From NCBI GenBank assembly GCA_010405405.1, contig MU004236.1:2052070-2116069 (forward strand): a stretch of DNA of 64,000 nucleotides. The letters are read 5' to 3'. The translations under genes were made by a program, and so were the position numbers. The DNA comes from Microthyrium microscopicum. Its lineage: Eukaryota. Position 1 is the first letter of the stretch. The number at the start of each line of letters is the position of its first letter. The notes under the pieces were generated by a model. The model was not told the DNA's origin. It did not search any database and worked only from the letters and a program-made list of their open reading frames with translations. Below, piece by piece: positions 40,962 to 53,026 of the stretch.

Positions 40962-40995
40962 GGACGATTTAAAATGCCCCCGATATCCGCTAGTG
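40962..40995 (-). repeat. Right terminal inverted repeat (34 bp, ends TAGTG)
   Basis: GGACGATTTAAAATGCCCCCGATATCCGCTAGTG is the reverse complement of the left TIR with two mismatches. Confidence 0.95.
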
Positions 40996-41329
40996 CCCAC
41001 TCCATCCCGTGTGAGGTTGGCCCGAGCTACAAGCCTACAATTGATGCTGCTGAATTGCTTGTTCTTCTTGGTCTAACTTCTCTTGATTGATTGACTGAAC
41101 ACCTTCAGGCTTCAGCCCTGTCAGCCAGCTGCTCGTTGTCTTTCGCAACTTTTCCACTCTCGCTCCTCATCACCAACATTCTGCTCCTTCAAGGCCCAAG
41201 GCCATATTAATAACATAATCCCCTCTCCCGCGGTCACTCCCACTATCGACTATTCAACCTTCCAGTCCTATATCCGAATATCTCTTGTGTCTGGTCCCGA
41301 GACCGCCGCGCCTTTCGCTGGCCCCCAAG

Positions 41330-44300
41330 ATGGCCAATCAACCTCCTCATAACGAAAGCTACTTTGATGGAGGCTCACCGGTAAGCTCTTCCAGTGCAAG
41401 ATCGCATCTTGCAATTATATGAAGGGAATGGAATTGGCAAAACAGTTTGTCGCGGACTTGCACGCTCAAAATCCAATCGAGTGATGTGTTCGCGCAATTG
41501 CCCAGATTGCCTGTCGAGTCTTGCCATTGGAGGTCAACTCTCCAACCGGCCACTTCAGGTCGTTCCTTCTTCCAACTTTTGACTCCTTGTGATCTCTCGA
41601 TGCGATTTCGATATCTCCCGTGATTGATATTGGAATTCATGCGCAACAGCTTCTTGCGAAAACACTCGATATCAGTGGTAGCTTGAAAAACTAACAAGAT
41701 CTAGGCTTCTCCTCAATCAGGCATATCTCCTCACTCTCCTCCTTCCAATGCATCCGCATACCAACAACTCAATTCTGCCCTGACACCCACCGAACCGCGA
41801 TTCCATCCTACAATTGCCGAAGAAGAAGACATTGGCGATCGAGGAGCGCATTCACAACGCGGACTCGGATTTACAAATGCTCCACTATCACCTGGTGCTC
41901 AAAGCACTCCCACCTCACCAAATGACCCAGATCAGCCGGGTCATGCGCGATCCTTTTCGCAAAGTACGGCCTACGACCCTCCAATGTCCAATCGATATGC
42001 GTCGAGGAAATCACCGGGCTCGTTTCAGTCTGGATTCGAGCGGCCGTATGGTACAGGATCGAGAGATCATCTTACCGCAAATACGGGCGCACCTTCAATG
42101 CGATCTACAACTTCGAAAAGATCAAAATATGATAGTGAGTGCAACCTCCACTAGATACTGTTTCGGATTCCAGAGCAAGCTTGAAATTCATGAAACTCGG
42201 TGCTTGTTTTGGAGTCGTACAATGCATGTAACGTTGCGGAGCATATATCAACATTTGCAACCTGAGTTTGAGCAAACGAAGTTGCGTTTGAGATGAGGAA
42301 CCAAATCTAATAACTCGCTCTAGATGAATTCACGCCAGAAGCATGTCCAGCAACTCGAACTTTTTATCAAGGAGGATCCCATTGGCTCACAATTACCATT
42401 TACATCTTGGTAATCTTCAGTACAGTCTTTTCCGGCATATATCTTGGCATCGCCATCGCCGCTCCAAGATGGGGAACGCACATCCACTCCGGTGGATCTT
42501 TGACAGCCTCAACAGCTAACGTACTCACACAATTGTTTGCCAAGTTGATTGAGCTGTCATTCGTGTGTTGCTTTGTTACTTTTCTTGGACAAGTCTTATC
42601 AAGAAGAGCTTTCAGCCGCGCATCTCGAGGTGTTAGCCTGGCTGAAATGAGCATGAGAAACTGGATTATGCAACCTGGAACTCTTCTTACACACTATGAG
42701 ACGGTATACTACATTGGCCTCACATTTCTTGGAGCTGTGTCTCTTACTGTGGCCATTCTGGCCGCGCTTTATAGCACAGCAGCATCTGCTTTGATAACTC
42801 CAGTTCTCAAGTTTGGCAGCTGGGAAGCCCGAGAGCTACAAGGGCTGGTCAAAACAACATTCGCAAATCCGATATACCTTAGTGAGACTTGTCAAACACC
42901 CATTATTTCTAATACCTGGGATACAGATTATACCCAGGATAAGGTAGGACAGACGTGTCTTACTATCGACCATGCAGCTCAAGGTTTCCACAATTATCAA
43001 CAATTTATGACCCGTTGGGCAACTATCGTTGGAGAAGGCAATGGAACAGACTTACAAGCTGATAGACCAGAGGGATTCGGGTTATTCCTTCAAAACACAA
43101 CCGTCAACGGTACATGGATCGAGAAGATCGATACAAAAGCTGTTTCTCAACAATACAATCGTATTGTCAATAACGTGACGATGGCCATGCCCCACACAGG
43201 CGTGTTTCAAGCCGCGAGAGATCCAAAGTCCAATATAATGCAGCCAGAAGATTTGGACGGCCTAGGAGCTTACAACATCCGAGCAGCCTTGCCAAGTCCA
43301 TATCTTAATGTACTCTGCGCAAATGTTAAGAAAGACGAAATCGCTTCGCTGGTCTACGAGACAGCTGTAAAGAATGTTACACTAAACGCGACAGCTGACT
43401 TGAACCAAAACAATCTCACGACATACTATCCCTACAAATTCAACTGGTCTACTTGGGATACTCTCACTACACCCGTAGACGATCTATTCGGCTGGGGCGC
43501 AAACGGTGGACAACCTCACCCGGTCTTTTACAAGTTTCCAACTAATTGGAACACGCTACTCAACAACACTGCCCCCTGGGGTCAAGATTCACTCTATATG
43601 CTTGGCCAAGGCGGCATAGACATGGAGAGCACAACGCGTGGAGAATACTTGTTATGTCGTGTAAAAGCGGGCTTAACCCCGAAATGCGCAACAGAATACC
43701 AAGCACAAGATGTCTCTGGAACTATGAGAGCACATTGTGAGGATCCAAACGATGAGATGGCTTACAATAGAGCCAACTCATCTCGTGCTACAACTGTGAG
43801 TCTCGATTGGATCAATGTCGCCGAAACTACTCTCAACGCGCTCTCTCTGAACAATGGTAATTAGTCTTTCCTCAATACCACGAATACGAGCTAACAATGA
43901 TAGGTGTCATCGACGGCCAAGCATCAAATGCCCGCCTTCTTATGCAACTAATGCTCCAGAACATGGAACTCAATCCCGCCCTCCCTAGTCCAGCAGAAGC
44001 ACTAGCAGTAATGACCAGCTGCTCCCTCCTAATGTCCTCACAAGACTCGCCCTTCGTCGAATTCTGGGTACTTACCTCCTTTCCCATCCCATCCAATCCT
44101 CATACTCTTACTAACTTCGTGTCCAGAACTATACCAACACCGAACTCAAGCCCGGAGTCTACCAATACTTCAACGCCACCGTCCGCGCCCAACAATACGC
44201 CTCCGGCGGCACTCAACCCTACCAACGCGCCTTCATCGTAGTCCTCTTCGCCGTCTTCGCCATCAACCTCTTCGTCCTAATCTACCTACTCGTCAACCGC

Positions 44301-44756
44301 GGTCTCGTCACCGACTATTCCGAACCACCAAACCTGTTCGCCCTCGCCATAAACTCGCCACCTAGCGTTCAGCTCAAAGGCTCCTGTGGCGCTGGCCCAG
44401 AGGGCAAACAATATACCATCAAATGGGGCGTAGAAATGGAAGACGAACACGTGTATATCACCGACAAACAAAATTCTATATACCCGTCCGGCGCACCAGG
44501 TGCATTGAAAGAGAGTAGGTTGGCGTTTAGTGAGATGTTTGGGCGCAACAAGGGCACGTGGAAATCAGTGCCAGAAGAGACGGAGATGGAGATGGGTACG
44601 GGGACGGGCTATAGCCCGAACGTCAGTGAGGGTAGAGTGGGTGAGAGTCCGAGGGTGGAGATTCAGGGTGTCGAGGAGTTTGGACCGCCGCAGTCGAGGG
44701 ATTCGAATATTAGTCGGATGTTTTCGAAGATTGCGAAGCGGAAAAGTGTGCTGTGA
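41330..44756 (+). CDS. Large conserved fungal multi-pass membrane glycoprotein of unknown function (~5 exons)
   Basis: Likely exons 41330-41380, 41705-~42135, ~42324-43856, ~43904-44067 and ~44127-44756, joined by GT..AG introns with CTAAC branch sites. It has a Ser/Pro-rich N-terminus, three hydrophobic helices, a long Asn-rich luminal region and a C-terminal QYASGG...TM...GLVTDYSEPPNLFALAINSPPS...GSCGAGP segment. The start exon is the least certain part. Confidence 0.8.
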
Positions 44757-45336
44757 GTGGCGAGCGAGTGGGAGCGTCTGAAGCGTTCGAGGGGGGCGTT
44801 TTGCAGCGTTTTGAAGCAGGTGTTTTGAAGCGAGCGTGTTAATGTTTCTTCGCGCCGTTGTAAATAGTACCTTTTAGTTTACGATTGTCATGTCAATAGG
44901 GGAGATACCCAAGGGATTTGAGCGGGTTACATAGCGATTGTTGAGGAATTGTTCATACTTCCTAGCACTGCAATATCAAGTAATGTTAAATCAAGTAGCG
45001 GAGTCCAATCTTGTCTGTATGTGTGGAGCCATGAAAAGTGTCGCTTCTTTCGCTACCTACATGCTGTGCTGGCACTCAAATCAAGACTCAACACCAACGC
45101 AGCCACGTGGGAAAAAGCCTGCTTCACGATGTGTGACGTCACTCATTCGGAACGCCGGATCGACCTTCCCCCAATGTGGACCTCGTTTGGCCGATCAAAA
45201 CCTTTTATAGAACACAGCTTCGCGACAAGCATCAAACCAAACTTTGTTGTGTTACAATCCCCTGTCGAGGTGGTTTACGATCGTCACTCAATTCCCAGCT
45301 TTTGCATGCCCTTCATCTTCCAACAAATATTCTCCA

Positions 45337-47439
45337 ATGCCACCACTCACTCCAAAGGCTACGCCTCGTAGAACTGCAACTAATAGTTCGTCTATGAGCC
45401 GTAAACCTGAGCTGAGCCGCGTCCCAACTGCAAAGAAGCCACGAGCCCGACCACCGCGAAGTTTTCGTGACAAAATCGGATTCATCCATGGCGCGCTACC
45501 CACCTACTCTGGCCCATATGCAGTAAGTCGCACATATCAATTCCGTATTTAGTCTCCCTAACTAAATATCCAGGTTGGCATAATGGAGCTAGAGATCCCC
45601 GTCACCAATCCTCGAACATTCTATACCCATCCATCCACAGAAGACACCATCCGTCTCGAAACCGTCCACCTAGCACTTTACTACCCCGCCGCCATAGGAA
45701 CTGGCCGAGGAGAGGATCCCGCCGGCCACAAAAAGTGGTCGCGGCAGACTTGGCTTCCACGTCCGCGGTCTCAAGTTGCGAAGGGCTATGGGAAGTTTGC
45801 GGGCGTTGGGGCGGCGGGCATTCCCTGGTTTTTGTTAACGACTTGGTTTACGAAGCTGCCAGCGTGGAGAAATGCTAGGTTGGCAAAGTATTGGCCGCCG
45901 CCACAGGACGTCAAAGGAGAAGAAACGGAAGGGAACGAACGGGGAAAGTGGCATATGGAAGGCGAGGCACCACCCGGGGCGCAAGGGAGGCCGACGTTTC
46001 CGACGATGATATTTAGTCATGGGTTGGGTGGGAGTAAGACGGCGTATTCTTCTCTTTGCGGCGAGGTCAGTGTGTTCTCACTATCGAGTTAATGGACATT
46101 TGCTGACTGTTTCTAGTTTGCTAGTTATGGTTTTGTCGTGGCCGCTATAGAACATCGAGATGGTTCTGGGGCTAGGTCTTTTGTGAATCGTCCAGAAGAT
46201 CTCAAAAGCGGAGAAGAAACGGATCGTTCGGCTGAGTCTGGTAGTAGTGCTGCTGATTCAGAGGAAATTCCTGTGGTAGGCAAATGGGGTTCTCATCTTG
46301 AAGCATTAAGCTAATAGTCATCAAGGATTATATCTTTCCACCTGGTGAGAGCCATGAGCTGTTATTTTAGATAAGTTGCTGACCTTGATAGACAATCCTT
46401 ACGATACCTCTCCCCTGAACGATAAAGGCTTTGACACAAAACTTCGAAGCGCTCAATTACGCATGCGACTAGCAGAGATACACGAGACCTTCAAAGTACT
46501 ACAAGACATATGTGAAGGTAGAGGTCAAAGTGTTGAAGAGCGAAACTTGAGATGTAAGGGAGGAATAGGCGCCAGTTCCAGAGGGTTGGAGGGCGTAAGA
46601 TGGGAGGATTGGAAGAATGCGTTCTATCTCGACAACATCACACAGCTAGGTCACTCATTTGGTGCTGCCACTACCATTGAAGTGTTGCGACAAACTTCGC
46701 GATTCCCATACATAGGACAAGGCGTCATCTATGATATCTGGGCGTGAGTATAGACTGCAATCAACTCTTCTCAGCTGTTCTAACATCTCCCAGAGCTCCC
46801 GTCATCCAGTCAGGTCAGAATCGAGCAAAAGTCAGTCGTCCGCTGCTAGCAATCAACTCAGAAGCTTTCATGTACTGGCAGCAAAACTTTGACGTGGTCA
46901 CCAATCTACTTGAGGAGGCCAAATCTCAAAAACAGCCAGCCTGGTCGCTGACAGTAAGAGGCTCTGTTCACATTTCGCAGTCGGACTTTTCAGTTCTCTA
47001 TCCGCACCTATGCGCCATGATTTTTGGGATGACAGCGAATCCAAAGCGAGCTATCGACTTGAATATCGGGGCAACGTTGGAATTTCTCAAGCTAATAAGG
47101 AGTGAACGCTCACTTATTCTACGAAGAACTATGGTCGACGAAGGTCTATTAAGCGTAGGAGTTATCGACGAGCTGCCCACCGAGCACCGACCGGTCGCGG
47201 ATAAACACTTGGCAATTAAACTCGAGCTTCCTCGCCAACTGGGTAGCAGGGCTATTCCGAAGCTGCAGACCAAGATGAAGCAGTTGGGTAAGCATGATAT
47301 TCAGCCTAGCGATGAAGTCTGGGCGCATCTCGTAACGACTTGGGACGAGATGCAATCATGGGGATGTGATGCCGCCACATCGCCAGTCCAAGAGTTTGCT
47401 CACAAAGCCGAGGCCAGGCAGAAACAAATCCTGGAGTGA
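45337..47439 (+). CDS. Platelet-activating factor acetylhydrolase family phospholipase (PAF-AH II-like alpha/beta hydrolase), multi-exon
   Basis: [64 protein letters not shown] after splicing, lipase box GHSFG, LLAINSEAF and GSVHISQSDF. The start could alternatively be the ATG at 45394. Confidence 0.9.
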
Positions 47440-47502
47440 TTGAACAAAGTGGTGGAAGAGAAGATACCTGGTGATTTGGTCAATCAAGGCGTTCTCACAC
47501 CC

Positions 47503-48495
47503 TCAGCGGTCAAAGTTCAATTCTTCTTCATCATCCGCTTGCTGCGTCATGATTTTCTCAATCAGCTTTAAAGTGGATTTGAGAGGTAATCCGACGACGT
47601 TATCAAACGAACCGTCGATTTTGTCGATGAGGATCGCGCCGATGCCTTGAATTCCATAGCCGCCGGCCTTGTCTACACCCTCCCGAGTTTTTACGTATGA
47701 CAAAATGAGCTCATCGGTTGCTACCAAAATTAGCAACAGGAGTGAAGAGTCAGGGGGGCTAGCAGCGTACCAAGTGGGTCGAAGCGTACAGCTGTTTCTT
47801 CAACATGAGTCTCAAGGCGATATCCGGGATCCGCCGCGCTTTCAAGTGGTGCCATGCAGGCAACAGCTGTATATCTAAGTTTGTTGGTGTCAACTCATCA
47901 TAGACAATACTATTGGCCAGTACTGAGTATACCCCGAGAACCTACTCAAGTGCATGTCACCATATGAGCATTTCAATGGGATATTACACTAGGTCAGCGC
48001 AACGAGGGGAACACATGGGATGATATACACTTGATGAAAACCACCATCTCGCAGCATCTGAAGCGTTTCAACGTGCGATTTCATGGACTTTGGCTTTTCC
48101 AGTATTTCGCCATTTGGTGCTACCACGATGGTATCAGCCGCAATGATGAGTGTCGGCTCTCCTTTTGCGACATTGTTGATCTCCTGTTCATACACTTTCA
48201 AGGCCTTCTGGGTAGCAGTTTCCAGGACATAGTCGAATGGTGCACCAGACTTGGGCAGATCTTCCGCAAAAGCTGACGGGATGATCTCCAGATTTGTTAA
48301 CCCGATTTGAGCCAGGAGCTGTCGTCTGCGAGGGGAAGCAGATGCCAAAATTACTCTCTTTCCCCTGAGTGAATTGAGTGCAGGCAAGTCCAATAGAACG
48401 GGGGCTCTAGGTCGAAGAACTGGAGCCGAAGGCTGTTGGGCTGCCTCGTAAGATGGAGGTGGGTCAAGCGGGGTACTATTTTTTGTGTCTGGCAT
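47503..48495 (-). CDS. maf: Maf-family nucleoside triphosphate pyrophosphatase (dTTP/UTP pyrophosphatase, ASMTL N-domain-like), 3 exons
   Basis: VILASASPRRRQLL, IIAADTIV, ILEKP, spliced HQVYTAV and DKAGGYGIQG...IDGSFDNVVGLPL. The N-terminal extension carries PPPSY. Confidence 0.93.
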
Positions 48496-49559
48496 GTTTT
48501 ATGACTTTAGCTGAACCTATGGATGTATCCAATCAGACGTTGTGATTGTAGTTTTGCTCTCCGAAAGTTGCTGGATATCGGATTGCAGACTTGGCGACGG
48601 GTCGTTGAGGTGCCAAAGTGGACAGTCCAAGGCAATGGATGTATGTCGAAAGGCTTGCTGCCAGTCCAACTGAGTGACAAAAGGATCAATTTTACGAATA
48701 ACAAATTGTCGATGTTCGGTCGTAGCTCATTGAGGTTGGAAACATGTGCAGATGTTGATCGCCGGGCGCTTGTTCTTCCGATAACCGCTCGTTGAGCTTA
48801 CTCTAACCTCACCTCCCACAGCTCTCCCAGATTCTCCTCCAATATTTATGGAAAAGACGGGAGTTGCTCCACAACTGAATTTTCGAGCAGACCAGAGAAT
48901 TGAGCATCCATAATCCATATATGCAGCTGCTATGTTCGCTTTCAGGAGCTCGCCGATGTCCACCGATCACTTCAGCTGTCCAAAAATAGCACAATATCAC
49001 TGCCAATTTTAGAACTCCACTAGTCTAAAACATGGAAACAAAAAACCGCGATAGCTTCCAGACTATTCAAAATAAGGCCCAGACTCATTTGAAAGGCTAC
49101 CCTTTGTGATGTGGTCGAGATAGATGATCAAAATGCCATGCACGCAATCGGCTTGAGTTTCGAAGCACAATCACCACGACTGGGATTCTCACGCAGATAG
49201 CCATCTCTCAAGACGTTCGTTTATCTGGATATCTGACATAGCCCAAACGAGTTGCGGGATGAGCTAACGCGACACTGTCAACATTAGAAAAGTATGGACC
49301 ACTCGATGCTCGGTTCCAAGGGAGATTGAAATTTTCAGGGAGGTACCAGCCAATGGCCATCATCAGGCTGAGCACTATTCAGCTCACATGCGATCATATA
49401 TCGCACTGTAGCATTAGATCAATGGGACGTTAGAGAATTCTGATATCACTCACAGCTGATTTTGTGGAACATTTGAAAGGTCGAGCATTTATACACGAGC
49501 CTGCGCTCTAAACTTCTTGTAACCCGATTTTTCTCTTTTGCAACTCACTTTCTAGCAAG

Positions 49560-50454
49560 ATGCATGCTTTCATCACCCTCGCTGCCATTTTGGCACCTGC
49601 TCTTGCTGCTCCTGCCGATGGACTCAGAAACAAGATACGCGCCAACCGCCCACCATACTATCCTCCTGGCTTCAACCCATATGGAGGTACTCAGCCAACT
49701 CAACCAACTCAACCCACAAACAACACAACCATGTGAGTTCCCCTGTTGGTCGTTATCGACTCTAAAGTCTAACATACTGCTTAGCCCAACTTGTCCTGTT
49801 TGCCCGACCTGCCAAACGTGCCCAACTTGCCCAATCTGCCCACCAGGTCCTATCCCATGCAATGCTACGCAATCCGTGGTCAATCCTGGCTTCGAGGCAC
49901 TAGGAGGCAGCTTCCCTCCATGGAGTTTGAGCGATCCATCCATTATCCTTCTTGACAGCACCAATGGTGGCCAAGATCCCGGTGGACTACACTCTGCAGC
50001 ATTTGTTCTCTCAACCGCAAAGAACGCAGCCTACATCTCACAAAACGTCACCGTGTGCCCCAACACAATGTACAAGGTCTACTTCCAGGTCAAGCGGAAC
50101 ACTGATGCAACAACTAGCACTCCGGGCAGCACTGGCTTTGCTCCATCCGGCGCTTCGGCCGGTATCACCCAATGTGTTATTTTCATCACTCTTGACAATG
50201 CCGGAACCTACCAGCTTCAAGGTGATGCAACACAAATCCCCGCAAGCCCAATGGGTTTCAACCAGATTATTACTAACAGCACCTTTACCACCGGAAACAC
50301 CACCTCCGCTGGCCTTATGGTGTCTGCAGTCTGCAGTTCATCTGCGTTCCAAGTACCCGCTACTGTCCAACAAGGAGCACCTCCCGCCACCCCGATTCCA
50401 GGTACCATCTACTTTGACAACATTGAGCTTATCCCACAACCTCCAAGGAAGTAA
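49560..50454 (+). CDS. Secreted protein (~280 aa) with a Pro/Thr/Gln linker, a (Cxx)6 repeat and a probable carbohydrate-binding-like beta-sandwich domain
   Basis: Exon 1 (49560-49732) gives the signal peptide MHAFITLAAILAPALAAP. Intron 49733-49784 (GTGAGT..CTAAC..TAG) joins in frame to PTCPVCPTCQTCPTCPICP. The domain starts VVNPGFE....PW and ends IYFDNIEL, as in CBM_4_9/galactose-binding-like folds. Confidence 0.8.
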
Positions 50455-50998
50455 AGTGTTTTGGTTTAAAAGGTGTACTGATTTCATCGGGTTGGTTTTT
50501 GTAGCTCTACTTTGCGAACTCCAGAGCATACACAACTGGATAATATTGGAACTCAGATGTTCAAGGTTGATTGCTGTAAATACCAGGTAGTAGATAAAAG
50601 AGTGGAATAGGGTAATAGATCTTGTGCAGTTTCTCTTCACATCTCATAGCTAATTCAATTTTTACCCTCAAGCTATTGATTGCTTGATTCTGTTCCTGAT
50701 AAAACATTATGATTGCTCGTGGTACAACCCCTTCACCAGCCATGTCCCAAGGTTGCATCTGAATGCTATTGATATTCGACTATGCCGGCTACTCAATTAC
50801 TCTAATCGTGGCCATCATCAAGCCAAAGGTCTTTCACTCCATGGAGGATTGGTCTACCCCTTTCACAGGGAAAGCACGCACTTCCAAATACGATCTAGTA
50901 ACATAGAAAAGAGTTTTCAACTTTTCCTGACTATATGGGCCGCAAGTGACCACATTCGGCTTCAATTTAACCACATTATTGATGTCCCGATCGTTTGT

Positions 50999-51656
50999 TT
51001 ACCACACAAAGCCAATTTTGAAGATGTCGGAAGCCTTGCCTGTCTTTTCGACATGTGTCTGGCCTTTCTCTGCTTTTGACCCGGTCCATGCCTTTGGCGG
51101 CTTCGCTATAGCCTTTGCCTTGCTGGCACTACCCTTCGAGTTCCTTGATGGCTTTAGCCCCTTTCCTGTTGGCCTTAAGCCCTTCTCTGGCTGACATGAC
51201 GTTCTCCTCGACTCCCGTCTCGCTTGCCTTGATTCCCTTGTGTTGCTCTTCGTTCGCCTGGAAGTGTTGCCCGCCCGATGAGGTATGTACTCCATTGGAG
51301 GTGGCCAAGTTGCTATCCCATCATTCCTCTCTACTGGTGGTTCATCGCGGCGTTTACGAAAGCAGTAACTTTCAAGACTTAGCAAAAAACTTGACCTTTG
51401 CCGCTGGAATAACAAACCAGATTAAGAAAAAGAACAGGAATCCAGATAAGACCCCAAGAATAATGAATCCTGCGTCTCTGTCATCTTTTGCGTTTTCCTC
51501 CGGGGTTTTGCAATCATCGCGGCTACCCGAAAGCCACCGCCGTTGTATCAAGCAAGCAGATCGTCTAAGCAATATTTCTGCATTTGTAAGTTTGGCTTCG
51601 AGCGATGGATGGTGTGGCAATTGGAAGCCCATAGGACTTTCGGGAATGGGTGACAT
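50999..51656 (-). CDS. Small single-pass membrane protein, paralog A of a tandem triplet (~202 aa)
   Basis: Exon 1 51656-51418, phase-2 intron 51417-51369 (GTTTGT..GCTAAG..AAG), exon 2 51368-50999. Starts MSPIP; TM AGFIILGVLSGFLFFFLIC; then YCFRKRR and a Lys/Arg-rich tail. Confidence 0.7.
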
Positions 51657-52184
51657 CTTTTTGATAGGCGTTCTTGATGATGGGGCGTACGTGATCGCAA
51701 CGAAGACACATGAACCGATTTATATTTGTTCATGATCTGTGGACTTTTGATGGACTTGTGAATTTTAGGTACCATCAAACACCACTTTTACGAGCTTGGC
51801 ACGTACAATATCTGCTTGGCCTACGAACATGGACCACGATGAGGAAGTCCAAGAAGCTTGGTATTTGAATATCACAAGTCATTTCATGTTAACTGGCCGA
51901 CAAGATGCGTGGTGCGCTTCCATCAAGTATGGTGTTCCCCATGGCACTGCTTAAAGAAAAGATACTTTGCCTGCTAGCGCAGTAGATAGGAAGTCAAGTG
52001 TAATACAAATTCAATGTGACATAAGGCACCCGACAGTGGAGCGTAGCGATTGTAGATATCATACCTGATGGGAGCGTGCCAGTTGTTTTGTCGCCTGGTT
52101 GTCAAACTCTCTCGATCTATTATTAATGTCTCATGCTGCAGTACATCCACTGGATCTCTTCTGAATTTTCGCTAGAAGATATCA

Positions 52185-52784
52185 TCATCGTCGAGAGTAC
52201 CTGGATTTGTTATGAGCAAGAACATGTCTTTCGTATCTCGGTTGGTCCAATCGAGATTCATACACTCGAGTAATCTCTTCCAGCGCAGCCTCATTCAACT
52301 CATCCTCACTGCGAACCTTCTGCTTCTGAATCTCTAGCCCTCGAAAAGCCTCATCACTATGTGTCTGCGCTCGTTGCGTATCCTTCGTTCTTGTGGCTCG
52401 TCTTTCCTTTTCGTCCGAACTACAGCAGAACGCTCTAGAGATTGTCAGTTTCCAAGGTCAGGTTTCAATTAGCAGTGCTGAAATGACTTACATGCAACAT
52501 GCTAAGAAAATAAGAATTATTACACCCATAAAGGACCCTACCACAGCCCAGATGATTATACTTGCTCTTTTGGCCTGTTCAGCGGTCATGTTGCCACTCC
52601 TGAACCTGCAGCAGCAACCACAATCACCATCGATATCTCTGCGCATCATAGGCCGACTAATATCTGTCCATGGCGCACTGGGAATGGCATCGTGAGCTGT
52701 AGCTAGCGAAGGTGGTAGATAATCTATTTGGGGGAGTGGCGATGGCATGAAGACTCCAGGAGAGAGCGCAGGTATGGGCGACAT
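52185..52784 (-). CDS. Small single-pass membrane protein, paralog B (~180 aa)
   Basis: Exon 1 52784-52492, phase-2 intron 52491-52435 (GTAAGT..CTGAC..TAG), exon 2 52434-52185. Starts MSPIP; TM IIIWAVVGSFMGVIILIFLACCIAFCC; charged tail. Confidence 0.75.
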
Positions 52785-53026
52785 GCTTGTCTGTAAGTCG
52801 CATAAGAAGAAATGAAGAAGAAAAATAGCATTGTTTTTGAGAAAATTTGGTATAAGGATATCTGAAAATATATCAATTTGTGTCTCTAGGTACCGTATAA
52901 CGATAGTATCCATCTCTAAGCCTGAATGGCCATCATAGCGTGTCGTATGCTCTTGGCGTATGAAATATGTACCATAACCAGACACTTCTAAGACCTTGGA
53001 ATTTCCACTATCAAAGTAAATGATCT

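Larger units (their letters stand above)
29176..40995 (+). mobile_element. Full-length (11,820 bp) RIP-inactivated CACTA/CMC-superfamily DNA transposon
   Basis: Left end CACTAGCGGATATCAGGGGCATTTCAAATCGTCC (29176-29209) matches the reverse complement of 40962-40995 at 32/34 positions. CCC flanks both sides (29173-29175, 40996-40998). The ends coincide with the GC/AT transitions, and a ghost transposase lies inside. Confidence 0.92.

Noticed and set aside
41814..42296. 160-aa plus-strand ORF as a separate gene
   Set aside because: Out-of-frame overlap with exon 2 and intron 2 of the membrane-protein gene.
51115..51735. 206-aa plus-strand ORF
   Set aside because: Antisense to paralog A, whose strand is supported by the shared start motif, TM segment and intron position with paralogs B and C.
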